Shown here in pieces: positions 28,745 through 39,187 of a stretch of DNA of 64,000 nt (position 1 is the stretch's first letter; each line of letters starts with the position of its first letter). The stretch is from an uncultured Gemmatimonadales bacterium (GTDB lineage Bacteria; Gemmatimonadota; Gemmatimonadetes; Gemmatimonadales; Gemmatimonadaceae). Below the pieces are notes generated by a model. The model searched no databases, was not told the DNA's origin, and worked only from the letters and a program-made list of their open reading frames with translations. The translations under genes and the position numbers were made by a program. The DNA lies in the NCBI GenBank assembly GCA_963701965.1, contig OY969695.1, positions 3,712,001-3,776,000 on the forward strand, in the 5' to 3' direction.

Positions 28745-30145
28745 ATGTCACTCTCCCGTCTCGCCGCGAAACTGGTCCTGCGTCTCGCGACCGCCGGCGC
28801 GCTGGCCGCGCAGCAGCCGGGCGCCGCGTCCAGCCCCACGGTCACCGTGCTCCACGCCGCCCGACTCTTCGATGGCACGGGAGCCGCCCCGATTAGCGAC
28901 GCGGTGATCGTCGTAACCGGGGATCGCATCACGGCGGTCGGTCCGGCGTCCAAGGTGACGGTCCCCGCCGGTGCGCGGTCGGTCGACCTCGGCTCGGCGA
29001 CGTTGCTGCCGGGTTTCATCGACGCGCATACCCATATCATAGGTCGCGCGCTCAGCGACCCGATGTCGGATGAGGCGATCGTCAAAGACTACCAGAGCTA
29101 CGGCGCGATCGTCGGTGTCGCCAACGCGCGGAAGACGCTGTTGGGCGGATTCACATCGATCCGCAACGTCGGCGCGCCGGGGTTCGATGACATGGCGCTG
29201 CGGGCCGCGGTCGACGCGGATGTGGTGCCGGGGCCACGGATGGAGAACGCGGGGCACTCGTTCGGGATCACCGGCGGTCACTGCGACGAAAATGGATACC
29301 GGCCGGGTCTCGAGGATCGTGACTATCGCGATGGCGTCGCCGACGGACCGGAGGAGATCCGGAAAGCCGTGCGGTATCAGGTCAAATACGGCGCCGACGT
29401 GATCAAGATCTGCGCGTCCGGTGGCGTGCTCTCGATGGGCGACGCGGTGGGCGCGACGCAATACACGCTCGAGGAGATGCGGGCCGCGGTCGACGAGGCC
29501 AAGAAGCTGGGCCGCAAGGTCGCGGCCCATGCCCACGGGACGGAGTCGATCAAGCTCGCCGTCGAGGCCGGTGTCTCCTCGATCGAGCACGGATCGTTCC
29601 TCGACGAGGAAGGCGCCAAGATGATGGCGGCCAAGGGGACGTATCTCGTGCCGACCCTGAGCGCGGGTGAGACGGTCGAGAATGCGGCGAAGAGTGGCCG
29701 CCTCAAAGGACTGCGGGCCGAGAAAGCGCTGGCCGCCGCCCAGTCCATGCGGAACGCCGTCAAGCTGGCCATCAAAGACAACGTGCCCATCGCGCTCGGC
29801 ACCGACGCGGGCGTCGGCGACCATGGCGTCAACGCGCGCGAGTTCCGGCTCATGGTGGACTGGGGCGGCATGACGCCCACCCAGTCGCTCGTCGCCGGTA
29901 CGTCGAGCGCCGCCAAGCTGCTCGGCTGGCAGGACAAGGTCGGGACGCTCGAGGCCAACAAGTACGCCGATATCGTCGCCGTGCCGGGAGATCCGACCAA
30001 GGACATCACGCTGACCGAGCGGGTCACTTTTGTGATGAAAGGGGGCAAGATCTACAAGGGGCCCGAGGGCATGCAGACCGTGCTCGATGGCCCGAACCCC
30101 CACGGCCAGCCCGTGAACGCCGCCGCCGTAGCACGGGAGTTTTAG
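28745..30145 (+). CDS. Amidohydrolase family protein
   Basis: PGFIDAHTH, IKI, AHAHG, SIEHG, GTDAG. Start ATG 28745 with signal peptide. Confidence 0.92.
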   Translation: MSLSRLAAKLVLRLATAGALAAQQPGAASSPTVTVLHAARLFDGTGAAPISDAVIVVTGDRITAVGPASKVTVPAGARSVDLGSATLLPGFIDAHTHIIGRALSDPMSDEAIVKDYQSYGAIVGVANARKTLLGGFTSIRNVGAPGFDDMALRAAVDADVVPGPRMENAGHSFGITGGHCDENGYRPGLEDRDYRDGVADGPEEIRKAVRYQVKYGADVIKICASGGVLSMGDAVGATQYTLEEMRAAVDEAKKLGRKVAAHAHGTESIKLAVEAGVSSIEHGSFLDEEGAKMMAAKGTYLVPTLSAGETVENAAKSGRLKGLRAEKALAAAQSMRNAVKLAIKDNVPIALGTDAGVGDHGVNAREFRLMVDWGGMTPTQSLVAGTSSAAKLLGWQDKVGTLEANKYADIVAVPGDPTKDITLTERVTFVMKGGKIYKGPEGMQTVLDGPNPHGQPVNAAAVAREF

Positions 30146-30173
30146 GCCGGGCGCTTCGCGCCGGCCAAAACTC
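30137..30173 (+). terminator. Imperfect hairpin at the end of the amidohydrolase gene
   Basis: GAGTTTT-A-GGCCGG-G-CGC-TTC-GCG-CCGGCC-AAAACTC. Confidence 0.5.
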
Positions 30174-30296
30174 GGTTGTTGGAAAGGCACTCGGCTGTCG
30201 CCGAGTTGCCTCCACCTTTCGGTGCAGGGAGGCTTGGACGTTACCATCCGGCCGGCCGGCGCGTGTCTGTTGTGAAGCGCCTATCCCCCTGGATCC

Positions 30297-31823
30297 GTGG
30301 ACTATTCGGTAACCTTCGCCCGTCATTTTTCCCGGCTCGTCTGGCTTCTGGCCCACGAGCCGGATTCCGTCGACGAGCAAAAGGCCGCGTTGCGCGCCTC
30401 GGTCACCGTGTCCCGCGAGGGCATCGTGACCATGCGCGCCGAGGGCGGCCAACTGGTGGTCAACGGCACGGCCCTGCCTGAGGCCCTGACCGGCGTCCAG
30501 GACATCGTCACGCTGTTTACCGGCCACTCGGTGAACGACATGGTCGTCGACCTGGGAGCGCTGCCGTCCGACATTCTGGGCACGGCGCGCATTCTGGCGC
30601 TGGCGCCAGTGCCGAACGACGGTGGCCGCGAGGTCGACGCCAAGCTCCGCGCGCTCGCCCCGCGCACCGTGCGGGTGTCGTTCCGCCGCCCGCCCCGGGT
30701 GTCCATCCCCACGCCGGCTCTGGTGCTGCCTCTTCCGGAAAAAATCGATCTGTTCACGCACGACGTGACGAACGAGATCGTGCGCGAGTTCACGCACGTC
30801 GAGCGTCCCAAGGAATCCGCCGACGAAGTCTTCGCCAAGCTCAATGCCACGAACTCCGTCTCGGCGACGTCCCGGCTGCTCGATCAGCTGGTCGTGCTGA
30901 TCGAGGCCAGTGTGCGGGAGGCCAAGCCGAACACGGTGGGCGATCTCTTTCACAAGATCGTCACCCGCGAAGCGGCCAAAGCCGATCCCGAGGTCAAACG
31001 CGCGTACGGCGCCGCGATTCGGCGGCTCTGCAAACCAACGGTCTTGCGCGCCGTGGCCGGGATCCTGCCGCGCCGCAAGGACCGCGTCACCGACTATCTC
31101 GCCGTCCTGGCCCGCGCGGGCGAGGAAGGCGCCGAGGCCCTCATCGAACAGCTGACCGCGGCGCAATCATTGTCCGACCGCCGCGCGTTCTTCGACGGTC
31201 TGGTGACGCTCAAGGCCGGCGCCCCCACGCTGACGCACATGCTCGGCGACGCGCGCTGGTACGTCGCGCGCAACGCGGCCGATCTCCTGGGCGAGCTGAA
31301 CGTCGTCGAGGCCGAGGGTCCCCTCGCCGATCTCCTGCGCCACGACGACGATCGGGTGCGCCGTGCGGCGACGAATGCGCTGGCCAAACTCGCCACGCCC
31401 CAGGCGCGGCTCGCGCTCAAGAGGGCGCTCAAAGACACGTCGCCGCAGGTCCGTGCCACCGCGGCCGCCGGTCTCGTCGGCAAGAACGGCAAGGAAACCG
31501 CGGCCACGCTCCTCCGGGCGCTCGACAACGAGCCCGATCTCGAGGTCCAGATCGCGATCCTGGGCGCCCTCGGCCGGATGGCCGATCCCGAGTCGATCGA
31601 TCGTCTCATCAAGGCGGCCGAGCCCGACGGCCGGCTGTTTCGGCGCAAGCCCGGGGCGTTTCGGATCGCCGCCGTCACCGCGCTCGGCGACGCCCGCACG
31701 CCCGCCGCGCTGTCGGCGTTGCAGGAGCTGGCCAACGATCGCGACAAGGACGTGCGCGACGCGGCGTCCCGCGCCCTCGAAGGCCCGCTGCGTCGCTCGA
31801 GCGGCTCCCGGCAGTTCGCTTAA
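30297..31823 (+). CDS. HEAT-repeat domain protein
   Basis: Repeats DARWYVARNAADLLGEL, DDDRVRRAATNALAKL, DTSPQVRATAAAGL, DKDVRDAASRAL. Confidence 0.85.
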   Translation: MDYSVTFARHFSRLVWLLAHEPDSVDEQKAALRASVTVSREGIVTMRAEGGQLVVNGTALPEALTGVQDIVTLFTGHSVNDMVVDLGALPSDILGTARILALAPVPNDGGREVDAKLRALAPRTVRVSFRRPPRVSIPTPALVLPLPEKIDLFTHDVTNEIVREFTHVERPKESADEVFAKLNATNSVSATSRLLDQLVVLIEASVREAKPNTVGDLFHKIVTREAAKADPEVKRAYGAAIRRLCKPTVLRAVAGILPRRKDRVTDYLAVLARAGEEGAEALIEQLTAAQSLSDRRAFFDGLVTLKAGAPTLTHMLGDARWYVARNAADLLGELNVVEAEGPLADLLRHDDDRVRRAATNALAKLATPQARLALKRALKDTSPQVRATAAAGLVGKNGKETAATLLRALDNEPDLEVQIAILGALGRMADPESIDRLIKAAEPDGRLFRRKPGAFRIAAVTALGDARTPAALSALQELANDRDKDVRDAASRALEGPLRRSSGSRQFA

Positions 31824-31872
31824 GGTCTACCTGTCGCCGGATATCGCCCCAGCCTAAGCTCGAGGCACGGCG

Positions 31873-32268
31873 ATGATCAGCACCGAAACGCACTTCTCGT
31901 GGATGCGCACGCGGATGAGCGTCGAACGCACCTTGCTGTCCTGGGTGCGCACGGCCACTGCGCTCATCGGTTTCGGTTTCGCACTCTACCAGTTCTTCGA
32001 TCGCTTCAACGCGATGCCCGGCGTCGCGCCGGCGCGTAACGCGGAAACGCCCAAACTGATCGCCCTTTCGCTGATCGCGATCGGCACTATCGCGCTCGCG
32101 ATCGCCGTCCGGCAGTATCGCGAGTTGATCGCCTACCTGTGGACCGATGAGTTTCGCGCGTTCACCGGATCGCTGCCCCAAAAGAGTTGGACGCCGGCCT
32201 ATCCGGTGGCGATCCTGCTGATCCTGGTCGGCATCGTGACCGTGGTCGTCCTCGTGACGCGCGCCTAG
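31873..32268 (+). CDS. DUF202/YidH family membrane protein
   Basis: RTRMSVERTLLSWVRTATALIGFGF motif; three TM helices. Confidence 0.88.
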   Translation: MISTETHFSWMRTRMSVERTLLSWVRTATALIGFGFALYQFFDRFNAMPGVAPARNAETPKLIALSLIAIGTIALAIAVRQYRELIAYLWTDEFRAFTGSLPQKSWTPAYPVAILLILVGIVTVVVLVTRA

Positions 32269-32275
32269 CGCGCGC

Positions 32276-33343
32276 CTAGCGCGCGGTGAAGTCGGTAGAC
32301 CGGGTGATCGCCCGGCACACGCCGGCGATCAACGTCGCCGCGCGGTCCAAGTCCTCGAGACTCACCAGCTCGACCGGCGAGTGCATGTACCGGTTGGGAA
32401 TCGCCACCAGGCCCGTGGCCACGCCTTCGCGCGCCAGATGGATCGCGTCGGCATCCGTGCTCGTATCCCGACCGGCGGCGTGCACGCTATATGGGATGCC
32501 CGCCCGCTCGGCCGCATCGCGCAGCAACCCGAACATGACCGGCGAGATGACCGAGCCGCGGGCCAGCACGGGACCGCCCGCGATCTTGTGATCCCCATGC
32601 TCTTTCTTTTCGATGCCCGGATGATCGGTGGCGAACGTCACGTCGACGACGATCGCCGCCTGTGGGCTGACGCCGACCGCACCCACCAGCGCGCCGCCGC
32701 CATGGTAGGCGATTTCTTCCTGCGTCGTGGCTACGGCCACCACCCGCGCGGTGCCCGGCTCGTCGGCGTACCGGCGCAGCGCCTCCAGCACCACGAACGC
32801 GCCGATGCGATTGTCGATCGAGCGCGACACGATGCGCCCGTTGGGAAAGTCCACCGCCTGTGCGTCCACCACGCCCGGATCGCCCACGGCCACCCGGGCC
32901 TCCGCTTCGGCGCGATTCGTGGCCCCGATGTCGACCCAGAGATCGGTGAGTTTCGTGGCCCGATCCCGGTCCTCGGGCTTGATGAGGTGAATCGCTTTCC
33001 TGCCGACTACCCCGATCACGTCGCCGCTCCGACCCAGGAATCGCACCCGCTGGCCCACCAGCACCTGCGCGTCCCAACCGCCAATCGAAGAGATGTACAA
33101 ATACCCATCGTCGTCGATGTAGGTGACGATGAGACCGATCTCGTCGATGTGGCCGGCGAGCATGATCGTAGGCGCCCCGCCGGCGTTGACCGTCGCGATG
33201 CTGTTGCCGGCCACGTCGCCACGGACATTGGCGAACGTCCGCGCCCGTTCACGCCACACGGCCGCCGGACGGGCCTCGAAGCCGGAGGGTCCTGGAGAAT
33301 CGAGTAGCTGCTTGAGAAACGTCAGCGAGTCGTCGGTGAGCAT
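32276..33343 (-). CDS. M42 family metallopeptidase
   Basis: GPSGFE, GHIDEIG, DNRIG, QEEI, VDVT, RYMHSP. Confidence 0.92.
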   Translation of the reverse strand: MLTDDSLTFLKQLLDSPGPSGFEARPAAVWRERARTFANVRGDVAGNSIATVNAGGAPTIMLAGHIDEIGLIVTYIDDDGYLYISSIGGWDAQVLVGQRVRFLGRSGDVIGVVGRKAIHLIKPEDRDRATKLTDLWVDIGATNRAEAEARVAVGDPGVVDAQAVDFPNGRIVSRSIDNRIGAFVVLEALRRYADEPGTARVVAVATTQEEIAYHGGGALVGAVGVSPQAAIVVDVTFATDHPGIEKKEHGDHKIAGGPVLARGSVISPVMFGLLRDAAERAGIPYSVHAAGRDTSTDADAIHLAREGVATGLVAIPNRYMHSPVELVSLEDLDRAATLIAGVCRAITRSTDFTAR

Positions 33344-33349
33344 GGTCGG

Positions 33350-34234
33350 TTAGGCGATGGAAAGGGCGTGCCCGGATGGAGGCGGGGCAAAAAGATCAGG
33401 ATGGAGGATGGCAGCGACCGTCTCCACCCCGTCAGTCAACCGCGGCCCCGGACGGCTCAAGAACGCATTGGCGTCGATCGCCCAGACCCGGGGTCCGACC
33501 AACCGGCGCATGGCGCGAGCGGCTTCCGCGGCCCGCTGGACATCATAGCCACAGGGCGCGACGAGCAAGATATCCGGCCGCGACGCCTCTATCACTTCCT
33601 GTGTCACTACAGACGAATGCGCCCCGGGTGCCGCCACGACGTCGCGGCCACCCGCCCGGTGGATCATCTCCGGGACCCAGTGCCCCGCCACAAAGAGCGG
33701 ATCGGTCCACTCGATCACCGCGACCCGCGGCCGCGGCGCCCCGGCGGCCTTGAGTCGATCGTGCACCGCCCGCAGCCTGGCCCGGAGTGCGGCGACCAGC
33801 TGTTCCCCATTGGAGTCCGCGCCAATAGCCATGGCGACACACCCAATGTCGTCCAAGACCCCATCGAATGTCGAACCGTTCAGGGTCACGATCGCGGGGC
33901 GCGGCGACAACCGCTCCGCCTGGACCCGCACGTCGGTTTCACTCACCGCGCACACAGCGCACAGTGCCTGAGTGAGGATGACGTCGGGTGCCAGTGCGCG
34001 CACGCGATCCCACAGGACCGTGTAGAGCGGCTCGCCAGCCGCCGCCAGCGCGCGGACTTGCGCGTCCACGGCGCCCGCCCCGGCGTGCGCATCGATCGCC
34101 GTGGTTGTGACCCGGGGTAGGGGGGCGAGGGTCGGTGGATAGTCACATTCGTGACTGGTACCCACGAGCCGATCCGCGCATCCCAGCGCGGCGACGATCT
34201 CGGTGGCGCTTGGCAGCAAAGACACTATTCGCAT
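33350..34234 (-). CDS. BtuF-like / cobalamin-binding-type ABC substrate-binding protein
   Basis: MRIVSLLPSATEIV, SHECDYP, LCAVCAV, GHWVPEMI, SRPGPRL. Confidence 0.85.
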   Translation of the reverse strand: MRIVSLLPSATEIVAALGCADRLVGTSHECDYPPTLAPLPRVTTTAIDAHAGAGAVDAQVRALAAAGEPLYTVLWDRVRALAPDVILTQALCAVCAVSETDVRVQAERLSPRPAIVTLNGSTFDGVLDDIGCVAMAIGADSNGEQLVAALRARLRAVHDRLKAAGAPRPRVAVIEWTDPLFVAGHWVPEMIHRAGGRDVVAAPGAHSSVVTQEVIEASRPDILLVAPCGYDVQRAAEAARAMRRLVGPRVWAIDANAFLSRPGPRLTDGVETVAAILHPDLFAPPPSGHALSIA

Positions 34235-34303
34235 GTATTTACAGCGCCGTGACCATGAGATACCGTTAGCCGGACTTCAACGAATCGTATATGGAGCGAA
34301 CGC

Positions 34304-35722
34304 ATGAGCCACTCTAGTCGGCGCGGAACGGTTCCGCTCCTGGCGCTCGGCCTGAGCCTGGCGCCGGTGAGCGCCTGGGCCCAGGGATTCGGATTGAACG
34401 AGATCGGAACCTGCGCCGAAGCGCGGGGGTTCGCCAACACCGGCGCTCCCTGCAATGACGCCTCCACGATTTACTGGAACCCGGCCGGCGCCACGACGTT
34501 GACCGGGTTCTCCCTGTACGGCGGGGCTTCCGCGCTGCGGGTCATGGGCAGCTTCACCCAAGATACCACCGGCAAGAAGTACAACAGCAACGTGCCGTGG
34601 ACGGTCCCTCCCGACCTGTTCCTGAACTACACCACGCTGGTCAACGGCCACCGGCTGGCCGTGGGTGTTGGCGCCTACGTGCCCTACGGACTCATCTCGC
34701 AATGGCGCTCCGACTTTCCCGGCCGCTTCGAGGCGCAGCGGGCGTCGCTCAACACGATCTACTTCCAGCCGAACATCGGCTACGAGATCATTCCGGGACG
34801 GCTCTCGGTCGGCGCCGGGCCTGTGATCGGGTACTCCACGGTGGCGCTCGACCAGGCCCAGGACCTGTCGACACAGATCGCCGCTCCACTCACGACCTTC
34901 GGCCAGCTGGGCATTCCCTCGCAGACGGAGTTCGCCGTCGCCCACTTGCGGGGCAACACCCACGCCTACGGTTTCAACGCCGGCGTCCATGCCACCGTGA
35001 CGCCGGACATCCAGCTCGGTGCCCGCTTCCTGTCGCAACTGGTGTTCGACTACAAGAATGCCACCGCGACCTTCCAGCAGGTGGCGACGGGCCTCGTGCT
35101 CCCCGCGACCACCCCCCTGGGCCCCGCCGGGACGCCGATCGACGCGGTGCTCGCGGGAGAGTTCCAGAAAGGCGCGCTCACGAACCAGCAGGTCGACACC
35201 AAGATCACGCACCCGTGGCAGTTCCAGCTGGGTCTCGGATACACGGGATTTTCGCAAACCACGCTGTCGGTCGACTATGCGCTGGTCGGCTACTCGGGGT
35301 TCACCGCGCTTCCCATCGAGTTTCAGGGTCCGGCGGCCGCCAGTAGCAAGACACTGCTCGAGGATTACCACGACTCGTGGTCGATTCGGACGGGAGTGCA
35401 GCACGTCTGGGGCGACCCGGTCCTCGGCTTCGTCGGACGCGTCGGCTTCAGCTATGTCAACACGCCGGCGCCCGACGTGACGGTCACGCCGCTCCTGCCG
35501 GACATGAATCGCTACAACTATTCGGTGGGCTTCGGCTACCCCTTCAGCAAGCACGTCTCCCTCGACGCGACGTATCTCCACACCGGCACCCAGGGGCGCC
35601 GCGGCCGGATCGCCGAACGGAGCGACGTGGAGAACACCACGGCCACGGCCGACCAGCTGAATTCCGGGTTCTACAATCTCACGGCGAACATCATTTCGCT
35701 GAGTCTCAAACTCAGTTACTGA
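34304..35722 (+). CDS. OmpP1/FadL family outer-membrane transporter
   Basis: Signal peptide ending AQ-GFGLNE; DASTIYWNPAG; VPYGL; beta-barrel pattern with C-terminal SY. Confidence 0.88.
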   Translation: MSHSSRRGTVPLLALGLSLAPVSAWAQGFGLNEIGTCAEARGFANTGAPCNDASTIYWNPAGATTLTGFSLYGGASALRVMGSFTQDTTGKKYNSNVPWTVPPDLFLNYTTLVNGHRLAVGVGAYVPYGLISQWRSDFPGRFEAQRASLNTIYFQPNIGYEIIPGRLSVGAGPVIGYSTVALDQAQDLSTQIAAPLTTFGQLGIPSQTEFAVAHLRGNTHAYGFNAGVHATVTPDIQLGARFLSQLVFDYKNATATFQQVATGLVLPATTPLGPAGTPIDAVLAGEFQKGALTNQQVDTKITHPWQFQLGLGYTGFSQTTLSVDYALVGYSGFTALPIEFQGPAAASSKTLLEDYHDSWSIRTGVQHVWGDPVLGFVGRVGFSYVNTPAPDVTVTPLLPDMNRYNYSVGFGYPFSKHVSLDATYLHTGTQGRRGRIAERSDVENTTATADQLNSGFYNLTANIISLSLKLSY

Positions 35723-35733
35723 GAGCGCATCAT

Positions 35734-36960
35734 ATGCTACGCCAGACCATCGCAATCGGTGCTGCTGTGGTGTTCGCCGCCGGCTGCCAATCGGACAATG
35801 TCATCACGCCGCCGAAGAACTCGGTCAACACGGGCCTCTTCAAGAGCTATGTAGCCCTGGGGAACAGCATCAGCGCCGGGTATCAGTCCGGCGGCATCCT
35901 GGACTCCACGCAGCGCGAGAGCTTCGCATTCCTGCTGGCCGGGGCGGCCGGCACACGGTACGCATACCCGAGCCTCGTTCCGCCGGGCTGCCCGCCCCCG
36001 ATCGTGAACTTCCAGACCGGCGCCCGCCTCGGTTCGGGGTCGACCGCGTCCTCGTGCTCGTTTCGCAACCCGTCCTCGGTGACGGCGACGCTCAACAACG
36101 TCGCGGTCCCCGGCGCCGCGGTCGTGGATCTGACGTCCACCGTCACGCCCAACTCGAACCCGCTGACGCAGTTGATCCTGGGCGGGAAGACCCAGGTCGA
36201 GCGCGCCCTCGAGGCGTCGCCGACCTTCGTGACCGTGGAGATCGGCAACAACGACGTGCTGCCGGCCGCGCTGACCGGCTTGCCCACGCCGGTCTCCGGC
36301 CTCTCGCCCGGTATCACGCCGGTCGACTCGTTCATCGTCCAGTACGCGCGCGCGATCGACCAGCTGACCAAGGGCGCTCCCACCGTGAAGGGGGTGCTGA
36401 TCGGCGTCTTCGACGTCACGCAGGTCGGTGCCCTGTTCCCGATCGATAGCGCGATCGACGATCCGGTGATTGGCGCGGAGGTCAATGCGGCGGCCGGGCA
36501 CACGATCCTGTACGCTCCGGACTGCACCCACAGCGGTGCGCTGCTCTCGATCGACGTGCTGCCGCTCATTGCCACCGGCATGGTCCAGCCGGAGATCGGT
36601 TGCGCCGATAGCGACCCGTTCACGCTCGACGCGCTCAAGCAGGGCGCATTCCACATGGCGGTGGCGGCGTACAACGCCTACATCGCCGCCAAGGCGGACT
36701 CGATCGGCTTCGTGTACTTCGATCCCAACCCGCTCCTGTCCGGACTGCGCACCGCCGGCCAGATCCCTGCCGTGCCGAACTTCACCAGTGCCACCGAACC
36801 GTTCGGACCGTACCTGACGCTGGATGGCATCCACCCATCGGCGCTGGCGCACCAGACCATCGCCGCCGCCATGGTCGCCAAGATCGACAGCGCCTACGGC
36901 GTCACGCTCGCGCTACCGGCGGCGGCGCGCGCCGTGCCTCACTTCGTGGCCACGCGGTAG
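35734..36960 (+). CDS. SGNH/GDSL hydrolase family lipoprotein
   Basis: Lipobox AAGC; blocks YVALGNSISAG, NVAVPGA, IGNND, DGIHP. Start ATG 35734. Confidence 0.85.
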   Translation: MLRQTIAIGAAVVFAAGCQSDNVITPPKNSVNTGLFKSYVALGNSISAGYQSGGILDSTQRESFAFLLAGAAGTRYAYPSLVPPGCPPPIVNFQTGARLGSGSTASSCSFRNPSSVTATLNNVAVPGAAVVDLTSTVTPNSNPLTQLILGGKTQVERALEASPTFVTVEIGNNDVLPAALTGLPTPVSGLSPGITPVDSFIVQYARAIDQLTKGAPTVKGVLIGVFDVTQVGALFPIDSAIDDPVIGAEVNAAAGHTILYAPDCTHSGALLSIDVLPLIATGMVQPEIGCADSDPFTLDALKQGAFHMAVAAYNAYIAAKADSIGFVYFDPNPLLSGLRTAGQIPAVPNFTSATEPFGPYLTLDGIHPSALAHQTIAAAMVAKIDSAYGVTLALPAAARAVPHFVATR

Positions 36961-39068
36961 AGGGGAATCGCCAGAAAGACGACGAACGCCGACAACGCCA
37001 CGAGCGGGTTGTCGGCGAACGCGCCCAGGCGGCCGCCCACGTCGTAGAAGCGGTCGATGTGTTGGACCGTGAGAAAAGCGAGGAGCACACCGGTGAGCGC
37101 GCCGCCGGCGATGAGTCCCGAGGAGAACAGCACGCCGGGGCCCGAATCCGAATCCGCCGCGGCCGTCTTGCCCATCTTCCGCTCGGCGAGCCGGCGCATG
37201 ACGCCGCCCATGAACATTGTCGCGGTGGTCGACAGCGGGAGATACGACCCCGTGGCCACCGGCAGTGACGGGATGCCGAGGATCTCCATCGTGATGGAGA
37301 AAAAGGCGCCGATGAGGATCAAGCCCCAATTGAGCTTCCGGGTGAGAATGCCGTCGACCACGAGCGCCATGATCTGCGACTTGGGAGAGTCGAGCTTCGT
37401 GATGTGGCGGCCCGTGTAGTCGACCGTCTCGTGCCCGCCGATTCCCGGATCCAGCAAGTACTTGATCTGCCCGGCGTCGTCCAGCAGGTAGCGTCCGGGG
37501 ACGGCGTCGCCCTGGCGCTCGTACAGGTGCCCAACGTGATACGTCTTGCCGTCGAGCGGATAGGGGTCCGGATCGACGTCGGTGACGCGGACGTCGGCGT
37601 AGCTCCGGGCCACGATCGTGGTGTTGGCTTTGTCGAGTGATGAGATCACCCATCCGACCACGAGCGCCGATGTCAGCACGCCGAACACGAGCCCGATCTG
37701 CTGGCGCGCCGGCGTGGCGCCCACGAGAAACCCGGTCTTGAGATCTTGCGACGTGGCGCCGGCCACGCCCGCGGCGACGCAGACGACGCCGCCGATCGAC
37801 AGGGCCAGCACCCGATGCTGGATGCCCGTCCAACCGATGGCGTAGAAGAGCAAGGCCGTGAGCAGCACCGTGGCCACGGTCATCCCCGAGATCGGGTTCG
37901 ACGAGTTGCCGATCTGCCCGCAGATGCGGCTCGACACGGTGACGAACAGAAACGCGAAGAAGATCGCCAGGAGCGCGCCGAAGGGATTGATCCGCAATTG
38001 CGGTAGCAACATGATGGCCAGCGCGCAGAGCACGATGCCGCCGATCACCACGGTCATGGGCAAGTCGCGCATCGTGCGCCGGGCATCGGTCGGCGCCCCC
38101 ACGCGGGCGAATCCTTTGATGCCAGTCGCGAACGCGGCGATGATCGTCGGCAGCGCCCGGGCCAGACTGATGATGCCGGCCGCGGTCACCGCGCCCGCGC
38201 CGATGTAGTAGGTGTAATTGGCGCGAATTTCCGAGGCGTCCATGTCGGCGATCAGTTTCGCCGCCGGATAGATGGGTGCCGTGAGCGCGGCACCGAACAG
38301 CTTGATCGCCGGGATCATGACGAAGTACGTGAACATGCCGCCGGCAAATAGATATCCGGCGATTTTCGGACCAATGATGTATCCGACGCCGCAGAGCTCG
38401 GGGCTGACTTCGGCCTGCAGTTCGCCGATCAGCGCCGGCCGTCCACCGGGGACGGCGCGCTCGATCGCCTTGCGCGCGACGTCGATCCACACGTGCATGC
38501 CACTATTGATGAACTTGTAGGCGGCGCCGAGGCCGAGGCCCATGAAGATCGTGCGCGCTTGGAGTCCGCCCCGCTCGCCGGCGATGAGGACCTGGGCGCA
38601 GGCAGTGCCCTCCGGGTACTTGAGGTTGGCGTGCTCGTCGACGATGAGGCTCCGGCGCAGCGGGATCATGAGAATCACGCCCAGCACGCCGCCGACGACG
38701 GAGATCGCCGCCACGGTCGACCAGGGCAGCGAGTAGCCGAGCAGTAGCACCGCCGGCAGCGTGAAGACCGTGCCGGCGGCGATGGACTCGCCGGCCGAGC
38801 CGGTCGTCTGCACCATGTTGTTCTGGAGGATGGTCGCCGGGCGGGCGCCGAATGCACGGGAGACGTAGCGAAAGATCGTGATGGACAGCACCGCGATTGG
38901 AATCGACGCGCTGACGGTCAACCCGATCTTGAGCGCCAGGTACACGCTCAATGCGGCGAAGAGCACGCCGAGCACCATGCCCAACAGCACCGCGCCGGGC
39001 GTGAGCTCGGCGGGGGCCGTCGTATCGGCGACGAACGGCGTAAAGGACTCTGTGATCGACCCGGCCAT
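36939..39068 (-). CDS. OPT family oligopeptide transporter
   Basis: YLALKIGLTVSASIP, QTTGSAGES, YPEGTAC, SSNPISG, QDLKTGFLVGATP, SSGLIAG. Confidence 0.93.
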   Translation of the reverse strand: MAGSITESFTPFVADTTAPAELTPGAVLLGMVLGVLFAALSVYLALKIGLTVSASIPIAVLSITIFRYVSRAFGARPATILQNNMVQTTGSAGESIAAGTVFTLPAVLLLGYSLPWSTVAAISVVGGVLGVILMIPLRRSLIVDEHANLKYPEGTACAQVLIAGERGGLQARTIFMGLGLGAAYKFINSGMHVWIDVARKAIERAVPGGRPALIGELQAEVSPELCGVGYIIGPKIAGYLFAGGMFTYFVMIPAIKLFGAALTAPIYPAAKLIADMDASEIRANYTYYIGAGAVTAAGIISLARALPTIIAAFATGIKGFARVGAPTDARRTMRDLPMTVVIGGIVLCALAIMLLPQLRINPFGALLAIFFAFLFVTVSSRICGQIGNSSNPISGMTVATVLLTALLFYAIGWTGIQHRVLALSIGGVVCVAAGVAGATSQDLKTGFLVGATPARQQIGLVFGVLTSALVVGWVISSLDKANTTIVARSYADVRVTDVDPDPYPLDGKTYHVGHLYERQGDAVPGRYLLDDAGQIKYLLDPGIGGHETVDYTGRHITKLDSPKSQIMALVVDGILTRKLNWGLILIGAFFSITMEILGIPSLPVATGSYLPLSTTATMFMGGVMRRLAERKMGKTAAADSDSGPGVLFSSGLIAGGALTGVLLAFLTVQHIDRFYDVGGRLGAFADNPLVALSAFVVFLAIPLYRVATK

Positions 39069-39187
39069 GCATCCTCCGTGGAAGCCGGAGGCGAATATAC
39101 GCCCCGCGCGGTCGGGCGCGAGAATCGGGCCTGTAGGAGACCCGTCTGCCTTGCCCGTCCGGGGTTTTGGCGCCAGTCTTTGGCCGC

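Noticed and set aside
33350..34300. BtuF-like gene and a possible cobalamin riboswitch upstream
   Set aside because: The intergenic gap is only about 70 bp and shows no B12-box; stand-alone members of this family are common.
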